Assembly (NCBI GenBank): GCA_028534125.1
Contig: CM052828.1
Span: 60,264,001 to 60,328,000, forward strand
DNA from: Lama glama
Lineage: Eukaryota
DNA length: 64,000 bases
Reading direction: 5' to 3'
The position numbers and the translations under genes were made by a program. Shown piece after piece: positions 24,286 to 37,332 of this stretch; position 1 is the stretch's first letter, and the number at the start of each line of letters is the position of its first letter. Below the pieces are notes generated by a model. The model was not told where the DNA came from. It worked only from the letters and a program-made list of their open reading frames with translations, and did not search any database.

Positions 24286-25164
24286 GGCTGAGGAGACGCC
24301 CTAGGAACGGGCAGGGGGCCCAGAGCACATGAGGGTGGAGAGGCCGAGGCCGGTGCACAGAGGCCTCAGAGGCCAGGCTCAGAGCTCTGAACAGACGCTC
24401 CGAAACACCCCTGAGCACGTCCACCGGGGCCCGTCTGGTTGACCGGAGGCCAGTGAGCTGTTATTTCAAGATGGTCCTGATCTCTTTCATCTGCAGGAGT
24501 GGAGGGGTTTCCAGGGTGAGGATTTTCAGAAGTGCCGACGAGCTCAGATAGCAGGTCTGCGGCTCCCTGGGCCGTGGGAGTGCGGGTTCCTGGAGACTGA
24601 GCCTGGCTGCGAGTGACTGTCACCGGGTCAGGGAGTCCCTTGGTCAGGGAGGCGTCACGGTGCCTGGTGCTGCAGGAAAGCCCCAGGTCGGGAGATGTTT
24701 CTAACTTGTGGGCCGAGAGGCTGGGGGTGAATGAAGCCCACCCGAAGGTGACGCCCCACAAGAGAGGATGGCTCCAGGAAAAAGTCACATTTGATTGGAA
24801 GCAGAACCGACTAAAAGGGCTCGTTCAGTGGGTTGGCTGGCGCTGGGGCTCGTGGTCCCCTTGGACCTTTGTTTGCCAGGCCTGTTCTGGAGCAAGGTGC
24901 GTCTTCTGCACCCAGCTCACCTGTGTCTGGGGTGGTTGGGGGTGCCTGTGACGCAACCACAGCCGGGGAGGCCTGGAGACTGCTGGCTTTTGTTTCGCTG
25001 GGTGGCTTCCCGTGAGGGACAATTACTAAAGGGTTTCAGGAAGGATCAACTTTTTAGGTGAGCCCGGTCTGATACACAGGCCGACTCCAGCCGTGATGGG
25101 CTCCAGGAAATTGCATGTGTCCTTTGACCCCTCTGAACTCTAATCACCTCACATGTCACTTCAT

Positions 25165-25533
25165 CCTAGTCGTGCTCTGTGGCACCCAAATTCCTACCTG
25201 GAAGCCCTGACCTCCAGAATGTGACTTTATTTGGAAATAGAGTGATTGCAGGCAGGATTAATTGAGGTCACACTGGGGGAGAGAGGCCCTAATCCAGTGA
25301 CTGGCGTCCTTGTGAAAGGGAAGTCTGAACACAGAAGAGACCCCGGGAGACGCCGTGGGGAGACTGGAGTCCTGCTGCCGGGAACCACTAGACGCCCCGG
25401 AGAGGCTGGGATGGATCCTCCCCTGCACCTGCAGAGGGAGTGGCCCTGCCCACACCTCCCTCCCTGACTGCTGCCTCCAGGGTGTGTCTGTTGCGGTGTA
25501 GCTTTGCCACGGTCCCCCGGGTACTGATCCGCA
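25165..25533 (+). mobile_element. MLT1 (ERVL-MaLR) solo LTR, MLT1B/C-like
   Basis: cagaatgtgactttatttggaaatagagt, tgaggtcacact, ggccctaatccagtgactggcgtcctt, gagggagtggccctgcc. Confidence 0.85.
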
Positions 25534-28500
25534 CACCTACCTGGGAAGATGTGGGAGTGCTGCGTGGGCTCCATGTGTGGAAGGTCCTGGCTCCTGGCAG
25601 CAGGCCCACTGCGCCTCTCCCATCCCCAGAATGTGTCCTGGGGCCCCACAAAAGCACTGAAAAGTAAGCCATTTTAGTTATTTTCCGCCTTTTTCGAAGT
25701 GAAAAGGCAAGCAGGTCATTGTTCCTTCTCGACGCTTCTTTCTGAACTTGTGTGATGCAAATCCCCAGAACCCAAGGCAGACCTCTGGAAGGACTCTGCG
25801 CTGTGTGGCAGGGAAGGTCAGACTGTTTGGAAAAAACTAATGATTAGTTGACAGTGGCTGTACGACAGGTTCCATAACAACGGAATTAATCCGTGGAGGG
25901 AAAATTAGGAGGTAGTTTGCCCCTGAGCGAGCTGTATGGGGTTTGCACGTTAGTTAGCGTGATGAGTGCTTGTCGGGACAGACAGCAGCACCCCGGGGTG
26001 CCTCATTTAATCAGCTGGGAATATCAAGTTGATTAATCCGCCAGAGCTGCCACCACCCTGGGCCGGCTCCCATCCTGCAGGACGCGCCCGGCTCCACGAG
26101 GCAGCCCCGCAGAAGGGCCGGTTCGTGGCGGGCACGACCCTCGGCTGCTGTAACCGGGTCGTTGCAAATGCTCACCTGAAGGGCTGCCCACAGGTGGGGA
26201 GGGGGCTTTTCTTCCGTGCCCCAGGCCTGCAGAGGGGTCCTTGATGTCCGTGCCCAGGACTCTGGCCTCCAGGTGAGCAGCAGGTGGCCCTGATGGTGTC
26301 CCCGGACACTGCTGAGTTGGACGTCTCTCGGGGACCCACACCCACATCTGCAGACAGGGGCACCAGCATCTGACTGAGCTGAGGACTCTGTGCAGCCCAG
26401 GTGGGTGGCTCCACCCCGATGTCCCAACAGGACCACTCCTTTCCTGTTACGGGAGAATTACCGAGAAGTAAGAACTGTTTTCTGCAGGCACCTGGGAGAC
26501 GTTGCAAATCTGGTCCTGGCCGCCGCCATACAGTGAGCACCAGCGTAAGAGTCACAAGGGTTTTTTGGTTTCCCGGTGCACGTAGGGTTACGTCTCCACT
26601 GCCCTGTGGTCTGTTACGTGTGCTATGGCATCAGGTCCATCAAAGCCAACGAACACAGCGTGTTTGAAGAATACATTATTGCTAAAAAGTGCTAACCTTC
26701 GCCTGAGCCTTCAACAGTAAGATCACAGATGACCTTACAAATATAATAATAATGAAAAAGTCTGGAATATTGTGAGCGTCACCAGAATGCGACACAGAGG
26801 CAGGAAGTGAGCAGATGCTGCTGGGAAAGCAGCTTCGACTTGCCCCACGCAGGGGTGTTCCAAGCCCTCGGTCTGTGGAAAACTCAGTAGCTGTGAAGTG
26901 CAGTGAAACGAGGCCTGCCTGTGGTTTGGTTCTAGGAGGGTGAACGTGCTCCTTTTTCCGCTTTATGTGAGTCCAGGAGCACCAGCGTGTGGCAGCAGGG
27001 AGCCGGGGTGTGAGGGGCCCCACCGCTGCAGCCCCTGACTGCGGTCCGGGTGAGCTGCAGGCCCGCACGGGGCCCGCACTCCTGTGCAGTGTGACCTTGT
27101 GTTCGCATGGATGCTGGACTGACAGGGTGGGGGTGGAGGTCGGGGGAGCAAACTGGCCCAGAGGGGAGGAAAAAAGCGTGTGGATGAGTAGCGTCCTTAT
27201 TTTAAATCAGGACGCCCTGGGCGGTTGTGAAGCGCTGGTGGGACAACACAGTGCGGTGTCCTGAACTCGCTGCGTCCAGCCCTGGACCTTTGGATTGTAG
27301 CTCGCTTCTTGGTCTTCGGTCTCCGTTTGCACAGTCTAACAGTTCATTGTCTCCTAATTTTAGAATCTTGAAATAGTTCTCAAGTGGTAGCTTTGGCAAC
27401 TTCAAAATCTTATGATAAAGGCAACAAAGAAAATTAGCATGTATATATTAGCATGATTTTTTATTAGCCTTGAGAAATAAAGCTTGCTATTTTAAAAACT
27501 GCTCAACAGCAAACAAGGAGCACTTACCGGTATTGCTGACGAGAAGAGGAATTTTCTGGCGTTTTACCTTGTAGCATAATTAAAGAGTCTTGGTGAATAC
27601 GTTATTATAGCTGTGTGGTAAAACTTACATTAAGACTTCTACTATTTATAAAATATATTGTCTTGTAAAATGTTTCTTGTTTGGCTTTATGAAAACACGA
27701 AAACCTCTTACAGCAACAGCATTCTCTGAGCATCTCCGACAGCACATTAAGACCACACGTGCCGCCGCGCTGGCGGGAAGGGGCCCTCTGAGCTCCTGGA
27801 TATTTGCATGTTAGTGATTGAAGGGTATTATTTTCTGTCAAGGGAACATCTCTTAGCAACATATCATCTTATGAGCAAGATTTGAAAAGATACGTATTTA
27901 AAATAAATCTTCATTTCACTTTTGAAAGAAAAGTGCAAATGTAACAACAGTTTAGAATCTGTCTGCTGGGAGCGTGGGGGGCGCCTCAGAGCCCCCCCCA
28001 GTGCCCCGGGGCCTGGCCCAGCTTGGGCGCTTCCTTCCTTCTCAGGCCGGAAGCATTTCTCCTGTATTTTCCACGTCTGTGTCCACATTTGCTTTCATGT
28101 GATCTCACTCCCGTTTCTTAGTCTGATTAACTTCCACTGGGAAAGAAAGCAGTGTGGCCCCAGCGTTGTTAACTGCCAAGTGGGCGGTGACCCTCGATGC
28201 CGCAGGTGGGGGATGGTCATCCCTCGGGTGACGTGCTGGGTTCTGTGGGTGGTGCCTGGGAGCTTCCTTACAGCAGTGAGCGCCACGCGTTTTCCCAAAT
28301 CCAGACTTGGGAGGGCCTTGCAGCATTGCCTTTTCCTGTGCCGGGATCTCTCTGCTGGCCACCGCGTTGCAAAGTGGACTTAGCTTGTTGGGAAAATGTG
28401 AAGAAAATAGGTCATGACAGGGTCCGCTGTAAACACAAGAGAGCGGCCTCAGCGGTGGTCCCACAGGCGGCCCCCGCCCTCCTCTTCCATCTCTGTGTCA

Positions 28501-28602
28501 CCGTCACTGTCTCTGGACCAGCTCGGATGGCCGGTCCCACATCCAAAGTGTGCAGCTGAGCCAGCAGGGAAACTGCCCGTGTCTCAGAGCCCTGAGCTCG
28601 GG

Positions 28603-28785
28603 CCGTTTACTGAGCACCTGCTGTGTGCCGGGCCGTGTGAGCCCAAGTGTGTGTGCGCCAGGCACCTACGACCACCTGCCGGGCTCCGACGCCCTCACTT
28701 TGTATAAGTGAAGACGTCCACACCACAGCCCATGACCGGCAGGATTCCCACCCGGGTCTGCTTCACTGCAAACCGCATGCTGCAG
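28603..28785 (-). mobile_element. Degenerate MIR
   Basis: tttactgagcacctgctgtgtgccggg...caggattcccacccgggtctg...ctgcaaacc. Confidence 0.45.
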
Positions 28786-29724
28786 CCTTGTGGTTATTGG
28801 GACATATTTGAGGGGATACATCCTTTCATCCAAAGGACGACCTGACCAGTGAGGGTTGTAACAGAGCCACCTGCCTCTAGCTGACAGAGACAGAGCAGAA
28901 TTTCCTCACAGCGAAGGCGTGACTCGTTGGCAGAGCGCTCGAGAGAGGGCTGTGAGTTTTCGTGTATAAATAAGCAGCAGGCTTTTCCATCTGGGTAGGT
29001 TTTTGTGTGGACCAGCGAGTTGCTCACCCTGCTTTTAAACCTGTCTTCTCACAGTAAGTAGTGAAAGCCATGGAAGACCAGCTGGGAACCACCTTTAACA
29101 GACACCTGCGTTTCTACCTGCTGGTCCCGGAGCCCGGGGGGGCGGGCCTGGTCTCCCTCTCCTGGTTCACTGGCAAGTCGGGCATGACTGGCAAGAAAGA
29201 GCTGTCAGGTGACACAGAATCACGGTTCACTGGACGCCTCGGGTCTTTTCCCTCCGCTCGGATCCCTGTGAAACAGTGTGCTGTTTCAGGCCCAAGGGAA
29301 GGGCCATGTTCGAGGGAGGGGGGGTGAATTTGCAGACAGGCTTCCCACCAGGACTTGGATCTGGTATTGGTCCCCCAACCCTCATAATTTCTGACAGTGA
29401 AGATAACCGTGAGTCCTGAGAACGCTTGTATCTAACTTTGAAAGGGCTTCTGTGTCCCACCTCACGTTGGACTTAATGCAGCGGCAGTTGGTCACTTTGT
29501 TGGTGAGGGGGCGGGGCTCTGGCAGCCGAGAGGGGCCTGAGGTCCTGCGATGGCAGCAGGCAGGGTGACCGCTGCGGTCGCGCCTGAATCGGGCTGAGAG
29601 AGGTCGGTCTCCGAGTGCTAGGCGTATACGCCTTACCCGGGCCTGACCCAGGGGCACACTTTCATAACGGGGCAAAACGTGGGTTTGGGGGGGATGTTGG
29701 ACGTGCGGTGTCTGTCAGCTGTCC

Positions 29725-30400
29725 TTCATTCCTTCAGTCAGTGAGGTTGGTAAGACCCTTCCTCTATTTTAGACCCTGCCTTGTGGCTTCAGATGCCGCA
29801 GTGACCACAGAACACAGCCACCTATGGTTAACCGAGGAGACAGGAAACTGACTAAGAAAAACATGTGTGTGGTGAGGAGAGACGTGCGGGGTATGAGGAG
29901 CGCACAGCTCCGCTCCAGGGAGGATGCGGGGAGCAGGGTCCCGCGGCAGGGATGGTGTGGCGCCCAGGCAGGGAGCAGCGGGTGTGAGCCTCCTCCTGAC
30001 CGCCCTGGGGTCCCAGCGGAAAACTGCTTTGGGGTGAAAGGGGGGGTAGCAGGTGACGCATAATCAGATTTGCATTCTTGTACGTTTAGGGGCTGAGTGG
30101 GTCCCTGGGGCCCAGGCCAGGGGTTCAGTGGGCCAGACGTGAGTGGACCGTGGTGTCCCAACGAGGGAGCCATCAGGGAGAGAGACAGGTGGGAGGTGGG
30201 AGGTGGGGCTGACGGCACGGGGGCGGGAGGGCAGAGTCAAGGGTGAGGACTGCTCGCCTGGCTCCCGGGTGGGTGAGAGGCAGCAGCCTCTCCACAGGCA
30301 GAGAGGACGAAGCAAGGACAGGCGGGGGCTCGGGGGGAGGCGAGTCTGTCCTGAGATGCGGGTACAACAGCCTGGGGGTGTGTCTGGTGGGGGACTTGCA
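29725..30400 (-). mobile_element. Degenerate L2
   Basis: ttcattccttcagtca tail, atcagatttgcattct, gagtcaagggtga; purine-rich antisense L2 character. Confidence 0.5.
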
Positions 30401-31867
30401 GGCAGGGGAGGGAGGGCGACCTGGGGCCGTGGCGAGCAGGCACCGTCTGCAGGCTGCTGAGAGACCAGCCAGACCTCAGGGCTTGCGTCCCACCTGCGTG
30501 CGTCTGACGGGCCTACCCGGGCAGGCCCCTCTTGGGACTTCCTTCCCTCTTGTGGGGTTGCCCTCTCTTCCAGACTCCTGGAGCTCTTCCAGCCAAAAAG
30601 CAGGTAGAATGGCTGTGTGTGCAAGCTCCTGGGGATCTCGTGGGCCCATGGTCCCACCTCCCAGCCCCGCTGTCTGTCTGGAGGGGGACGGGTTCAGTTA
30701 GTCTTTGCCACACGTGGGAATGGTCTGAACCCAAGAGGATTCTGGTTGTGAGGGAGGTCACGGGGGTGGGGAGGGGTCCATGGGAGGCTTCAGGATGGAG
30801 GGCCTGGCAGCATGGCTCTGAGGTCAAGGTTGCACCCACCAGGCTTCACCATGAGAAGCTTCCCGTGGTTTCTGACCTGGACAGTAGGCGAGGCTGCCCT
30901 TCTACGTGCTTTGTCTGTTCACCGAGCAGGGCGGGTAGGGGTGCTCCTGTGCAGTCACAGCTCTCGAGCTCTCAGCTAGCATGATTACAAGGGTCGGAAG
31001 CTGGAATTCCACCTGTGCTATGTCAGCTTAGAAGGAGGCAGGACTGGAAGTAACCAGGAGCGATGATTTGCACTTTGGTGAGTGAAGTGGGGTAAATTGA
31101 GAGTTCCGAACAGGAAAAATGGCCATGTCTATTCCTGTAGACCTCGAGTGTTACCCAGGGCAGAAGTCCCAGCAAATGGGACAAAAATAAAATGGGCTGT
31201 TCGTTAACGTCTATTTCAACACCTATGAGAGACGGTTAAAAATTGGCTTTATTATGTTGGCAGCATGCTATAAATTGGTGCTGTTAATATTGTCCATTTC
31301 GAGCAAAGACCTGGGCTTACCATACATGAGCGTTTCTGATAAGGATGGGTGAGAAGGAGGGCACCTGAAGGGCTGGCCCAAGGCCCAGCTTCCTCGGCAC
31401 AAGGCTCTGGGCAGGCGGGACACGTTCAGTGACGTCGACCAGCTCCCGGGGTGTTCCTGTGTGTTGCTGTCATGGCCCACGGCACGTGTGTCCTGGCTCC
31501 TGGTCTGTTTCTCCCTGTCGCCCCGCCGTGCGGCATCCTCAGGGCTCAGCTCAGACACTGCCCCAGCAGGTACGCAGTGAGGGCGTGTTTGAGCTAGCTC
31601 AGTGCCCTGCACGGTGAGGTAGGACAGATGACACCCCTGTTTTTGCCCAAAGATGTCAGGAATGAGAGGAGACTTGTCCTGGTGGGAGGAGCGGGAGCTG
31701 TGACATGAGCTGGGGTGTCCCTGACTGGGAGGCAAGGGGCCATCCAGCTGCTCAGAAGCATGAAGCACAGTGGCGTTTTCAGACCCGCTTGTTCTGCCAC
31801 GTTGTTGTCATTCAGTTACCGTGTCTCAGTTTCAGGAACCTAGAAAGTAGCCATTTTCTAATGGTCC

Positions 31868-32315
31868 CGTGTAGCCGGGGCCGCTGTAACCCGATGCCAG
31901 CTGGGCGCCGTGAACCATAGAGCCTCCTCTTCCCACCGTCTTGCGGTCCCGTCTCTGGCTGGGAGCCCACGTCCGAGGTGCCGGCGGGGCTGTGCTCCCT
32001 CGGGTGGCCCCGGAGAGCACCCCTCCTCGTGTCTGCCGGCTCCTGGGGGCCCAGGTGCTGCTTGTCTCATAGACCGTTTGCCCGTCTCTGCCTCCATCCT
32101 CGCAAGGCCATCTGCTCTCCGTGGTCTCCTCTGTATCCACACTCCCCTCTTTTATTAGGACACGGGTCACGCAGGATTTGGGGACCATTCTGCTCCAGGG
32201 TGACCTCATCTTTGCTAATTGTATCTGCAGCAACCCCGTTTCTAATAGTGCCGTGTTTTGAGGTCCTAGGGTAGGGCTTCACCTGTCTCTTGGGGACACA
32301 GTTGAACACATTAGA
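31868..32315 (-). mobile_element. MLT1C-like solo LTR
   Basis: ggccgctgtaac, gctgtgctccctc, tctctgcctccatc, tgacctcatctt...tatctgca, gaggtcctaggg, ggggacacagttgaacac. Confidence 0.8.
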
Positions 32316-34549
32316 GCATCCACGACGGAAAAGCATGGACTCAGAGAGTGATACTCGGAACATGTAATAATCACAAGGTACAGGTTCTGACTGATGAGAA
32401 CAGACGCTTGGCCGAGAGACTGGACACGAGCCAAGAGGGGTGGACCATGGGCTCCTGACCTGGGGCCCTCCGGTCAGGTTGCGCAGCGTCGCCAGTCCCT
32501 GGCCAGACTGAACGTGCCTGAGGGTGACCCCGGCCGGCTCCTCTCAGCTCTGCCGGAGGCTGGACACTGTGTGGGCGTGCTGTCCTGTGACACAGGCAGC
32601 CTGCGTCAGTCACACGTGCCCTGTGTTGGCCTGCCCAGAGAGTGCGAGCCCCGGGACGGGGACGGGGACAGGAGGGCCCTACCGCCCCGTCACAGTAGGC
32701 AAGGCCGGGCTGTGGCCTGAGGACGCCTGTCGTCCCAGTGCTGACTCTGTGGGCGTCGGGCTGGGACCAGCCGTCCTCCTCAGGGATGGAGTCTTCGGGG
32801 CGGCAGCCACGCCCACGTGCTGTCCCTGCATCCTGGCCCCGGAGGGGCGGGTCACGCACCACAAGCGCAGCATCCTACCTTGAGGAGGCAGAGCACCTGA
32901 TAAACGTGAACGCAGGCTCCCGAAGCTCGGGGGCTCCTAGCTGTAGCATCGCGGCCAGTGTCGTAGGTTCTTCACGATTGTTCAGATCTCCCCCCGAGGT
33001 GCCCCAGGCGGGGGGAGGTGAAAGCGGCAGACCGTTCCCAGCTCCGTCTGTGCTGAGTGCTGACCCCCGTGTCCGGGGAGGCCGGCTTCCGGACTCTGCG
33101 CCCGCCGGCTTTCTCCTCGTCGCCTGAGGTGGGCCGTTGGGCTGAGAGCCTGTCTTTCTCCTTGTAAAGATTTCTTTTCCCTCTACGTCTTTAACTTAAA
33201 AACAAAAATCAAAGCGTTGCAGGATTCCCACTGGGATTCGTGGTGCAGGAGGAAATTATTCCCTTTAGAACCCAGCGAATTTCCCACGTATCTAGAATTG
33301 CTCTTGTAATAAAAAATGAATGTTCTGTAAGTGACGGCGCCGGGGGACTATCACCAGTCCTGACGCGTCTCGTGGATTTGGGCTCAGAAGTCAGGCTTCT
33401 GACTCCTTGATTTTTCATCTTCCTGAGTCGCCACGATGTCATCTCACAGTGTCTAATATCTGATGGGTGTTCTTAAAAATAACACTTTATTTGTGCCTTA
33501 AATCCTCTTCACTTAGATTCCTGGCGGGTTCGGGGTCCTTGCGCTGTGTTGCTTGCAGGGCTCTGCCCTCCCTCAGGGACAGACGAGGGTGGGGACACTC
33601 CCCGCGAGATGCTCGAGCAGGACGGTGCCCCTCGCTCTGCTGCGGACAACCTGGAATCTGTCGACTGCAGGGTGACAGTTGAAAAACAATACTGGAAAAA
33701 ATATCCCCGCACGAGGAGAGTGAGGCATGCTCGGTGTGAAGAGAAGGATTAACCATCAAAGGAGGGCCGCTGACAGGCAGTTAGGGAGGAGGGGACACCG
33801 GGCTCCCGGTGCCGGCGCTTGGGGCTGCTGTGCTTCAGGACTGCTGGGGCGATCCCCTGGAGGCGGACCCTGTCAGTTAACGCACCCAGCCCACCCGGAG
33901 GCGGCCGGAAGGTCAAACTCTCTCAGCTGTGTACAGAATAAAATCCAGGTCCCCCCACCCCCCGGTTGTGGCTCTTTCTCTTTTACACACATGCGTGCAC
34001 CCTCACACACACCCAGAAGACAACAGTGTGTTTGTGTGTCTTTGCAAAGTTCACAGTGTTCGGGTGGGAAAACCGTTCCCACACGCATTGAGTCTTTGTT
34101 CCTTCAGCTCCCTTTTGTACTGGGGGCAGGTGAGGATTCCAGGGGAGAAGGGCTCGGAGGCTGCTGGCTCCAGGAGCGGTCCCAGCCTCTTGGGAATGAG
34201 GCTCTCTTCATGTTAATTAAAGAAAACAAAGTCTGGTCTCCGTTTTTTAATGGGATAAAGCAGTTTCTTCCGATTGCTTGAACTCTCCACCAGATTTAAT
34301 GGGGAGCACCGCTTACAGACGAGCCTCGTCTCCTGCTCGCGGCCGCGCAGCGTCCAGAATTCCACAGGCAGACCCTCCAGGCCCGCGGGGACTTCCGCGT
34401 CTCCTCTCCAGCGCCGCGGGGGCTGGAGCAGACTTGGGCCCGCATCACCGTGTGCAGTGCTAACTAGGTGACATATGGGTGGGGGACATTCCTGCCTGTC
34501 CACTGCAGCCGGGAGGGGGTGTTTCCATAGAGATAAGAAGCGAACGTGC

Positions 34550-35870
34550 GCGGTGCCACCTAATTGGTATGCGTCCGCAGTTCAGGCTCATTGTGCTTGT
34601 GCTAATGACAGGGCTGTCTCAGTAATAAGGATGGTGCACTGGAGAAATTTGCTGCCTTGGTATATTTTTCCCTGGCAGCAAACTACTTAGAGACTGTAGT
34701 CAGTAAGAAGAGTGAGTGGCAGGCTGAAGAGGCTGCCTCGCAGCATATGGGGGAGGCTGGTGCTCGGTGCCACACGCATATGCTGCTATTAAACTCCAGC
34801 TTTGCGCTTTGTGTGTTCCTGGGCCCGTGCCAGGGAGCCCACCTGCTGCAAGAATACTTGTAAAGCCCAACTCGAAAGTGATTGAAAAGCTGCTAGAATA
34901 CACTGTAATAACACAGGGCTCCACAGATGGGGCGTAATTGCAAGCTAAAGTGTACAGCCTCTGCCGTGATGAAAACACGAGCCATTAAATTAAAATCATA
35001 AGGGAAAAAACGATGAAAGTCTGTTGATTTTTTTTTGGTTTTATTGCAAAAACTTCAATTTCCCTGCCCTCATTAATCAAATACCATAAAACTATAGTGT
35101 GACTTTGTTCTGGTGGAGGTTCAGGCAATTAGAACGATGAATGTTGATGGAAATGATGTAACTTTTGTTATTTCCTTGCTCGGGCAACTTAAAGCCTCCG
35201 TCACTGGAGCCGCCCGATTCTGACACGCAGCCGTCAATTTACCGATTGGAAGAGACATCGGGATTTGCCCTGAGAGCTTGCGGGTGGTTTATCTCGGCGT
35301 GTCCAAGGCCAGGGCAGCGTGAAGGCGGAGCTTCGGGCTTTTCGCTCGATCCTGGTACGCGTGCAGAGTGAATCCTTTCTCCCGAGCCAGCCCTCTCTGT
35401 TTTCTGAAATTTTAATTGTTTCCCTTTTTATTTTCTTCGTGATTTTTTCTTTGGACAATTAAGAGAGACACGCCAAACTGTAAACCTGGGCGCTGCCTGC
35501 GTGCTGTGGCCGCGGCTGGGGGTGGGGGAGCCGCGGGATGGAGTCGCCAGGCTGACATGTAATTAGCGGGTCGAGCGGCGCTGTGTGGGAGGGAGGGCGG
35601 CCTGGGCTGAAGGGGCCGGGCCGGCGGGGAGGCCTCTCTGGGGCTGCCTGTGCCGGGGCCCAGCCCATTGTCCCGCTCCCTTCTGTGGGTGGCCCAGCAA
35701 GGAGAAAGGAACATCTGTGTCATCACCCAAGTAAACAGCCTCCAAAGGCTTTCCTTTTTCATTGGTAATTATGCATTTCTTTGGCATTCCTCATGGCAAA
35801 GTGAATGAATTCCCATCTATTAAAAAAAAACCCAGCAACAACAGGATAAATATGTTTTCAGTTTATAGGT
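34550..35870. promoter_or_regulatory. Candidate conserved developmental enhancer (homeodomain/TALE/POU motif cluster)
   Basis: Non-repetitive AT-rich island with many TAAT cores, TGATTAAT, CCATAAAA, TTTTATTGC, TGACAG and ATGCATAATTA. Conservation was not tested. Confidence 0.5.
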
Positions 35871-37332
35871 GGAGACAGGTGCGCAGTCTGGTGGCATCTT
35901 CCTTACGCTGCTTCCCTGGCCCCGGGGCCCCTTCACTAGAGGTGCTGCTGTGTCCATCACCCGGGCCGGCGCAGCAACGTGCGCTCACGGCCATTCAGGG
36001 GCGGGTGTGGAAAGTCATCAACAGAAGCCAGTGGCATCGTGGGGTCCCTGCTGAGGACCAGCCGGTGGGCACAGGGGGAGGAACGGGTGGGCAGAACGTG
36101 ACTGTTTTGCTGCTGGTTGCAGGTTGTTTCTGGGGGTGAGGGCGTTGCAGACGGGGGCCCGGGTGCAGGTCTGTTTCGGGGTGCACGGCACAGCTGCTGG
36201 ATGGCACGGCTGGACGTCAGCCTCCATCTGCCCCATGACAGGCCCCTCCCTGAGGGACACGTCACCTGGAGCGAGTGCCCTGAGCTCGCGGGATGGAAGC
36301 CTTGTGCTGCCCTCCTGTTGCTCTTCACACCTGCTTGCCACTCCTGCCCGGCCAGACCCTTGCAGAGCCTCCCTGCCGTGCTCGTACCCTGGCGGGGGAG
36401 CCAGAGCACTCAGGTGCCTCCCACGCTGCCCTCGGCTTCGGCCACATTTCCCTGAGGGCAGCCTGTTCAAGAGCGAGGTGCCTCAGATGCTGCCGTGCCT
36501 GCTGTCCCTCTGGGTCTGGTGTCCCAGGGGGCGGGCCCGTCCACTGCGAGAGGAGGAGGAGAGGCCCGGAGATGGCACAGTTCGGGGGGGCGCGGGGAAG
36601 GGCTCTTGTCTGATGTGACTCAGGCAGCGACGTCTGCTCCCTGGGCTGCATTTCAGGGGAACAAAGCTGCCGCTAGCCCCGCAGCCATGATCAGAGGCGG
36701 GGTGGGAGGAGAGCGGCACATCCTTCCACCTCCCTCATGGGGCCGGCTGGTGCCTCTGCCCTCTGCCCTCTGCCCCGACCCAGCTCCGGCCACATCCGGC
36801 CCTCCGAGTGCTGAAAGGGCTGTACGCTGTGTTAAGTCTGAAGGGAGATCGGTGTTCATACTGACGAGTTCTCCTCCTTCAGCTGAACAGCTGATTCATG
36901 GAGAAAGCATGGAAGTGTCTGCTCAGCTTAGAGGTCTACGGCCGGACCGCCTGCACTCCCCTGTGAAGCCTGGGAGAACCATCTGAAGGCTAGCGCGGCG
37001 TAATAGTGATTTACTGGCGGTCGTTTTCAGGGAGAGATGAGCATCCCAGGGCGAACGAGCAGCGTCACCACCTGGAGCCGTCGGCGACCGCGCCGGTGTT
37101 CTCCCCGCGCAGCCTGGCCCGCTGCACCGGCTGAGGGAGCCCCAGCCTGAGGCTCTGGCCAAGGGCCGGGCCGCAGGGCAGCTCCGCAGGACTGAGGAGG
37201 CCGCTGCGAGGGCAGCGTGGCCCGAGCGGCTGCCAGAGGGGCTGGCTGCTGCGCTGCACCGCCCTGCTTGGGTGTGTTTAGAACTGCTTCTTAAGAATCC
37301 CTTTTATGAGTGGTCTTATTAAAAAAGAAGTA

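Noticed and set aside
13734-33757. Shared 13-mer aggattaaccatc at 13734 and 33745
   Set aside because: Exact 13-mer matches between distant positions are expected by chance in 64 kb.
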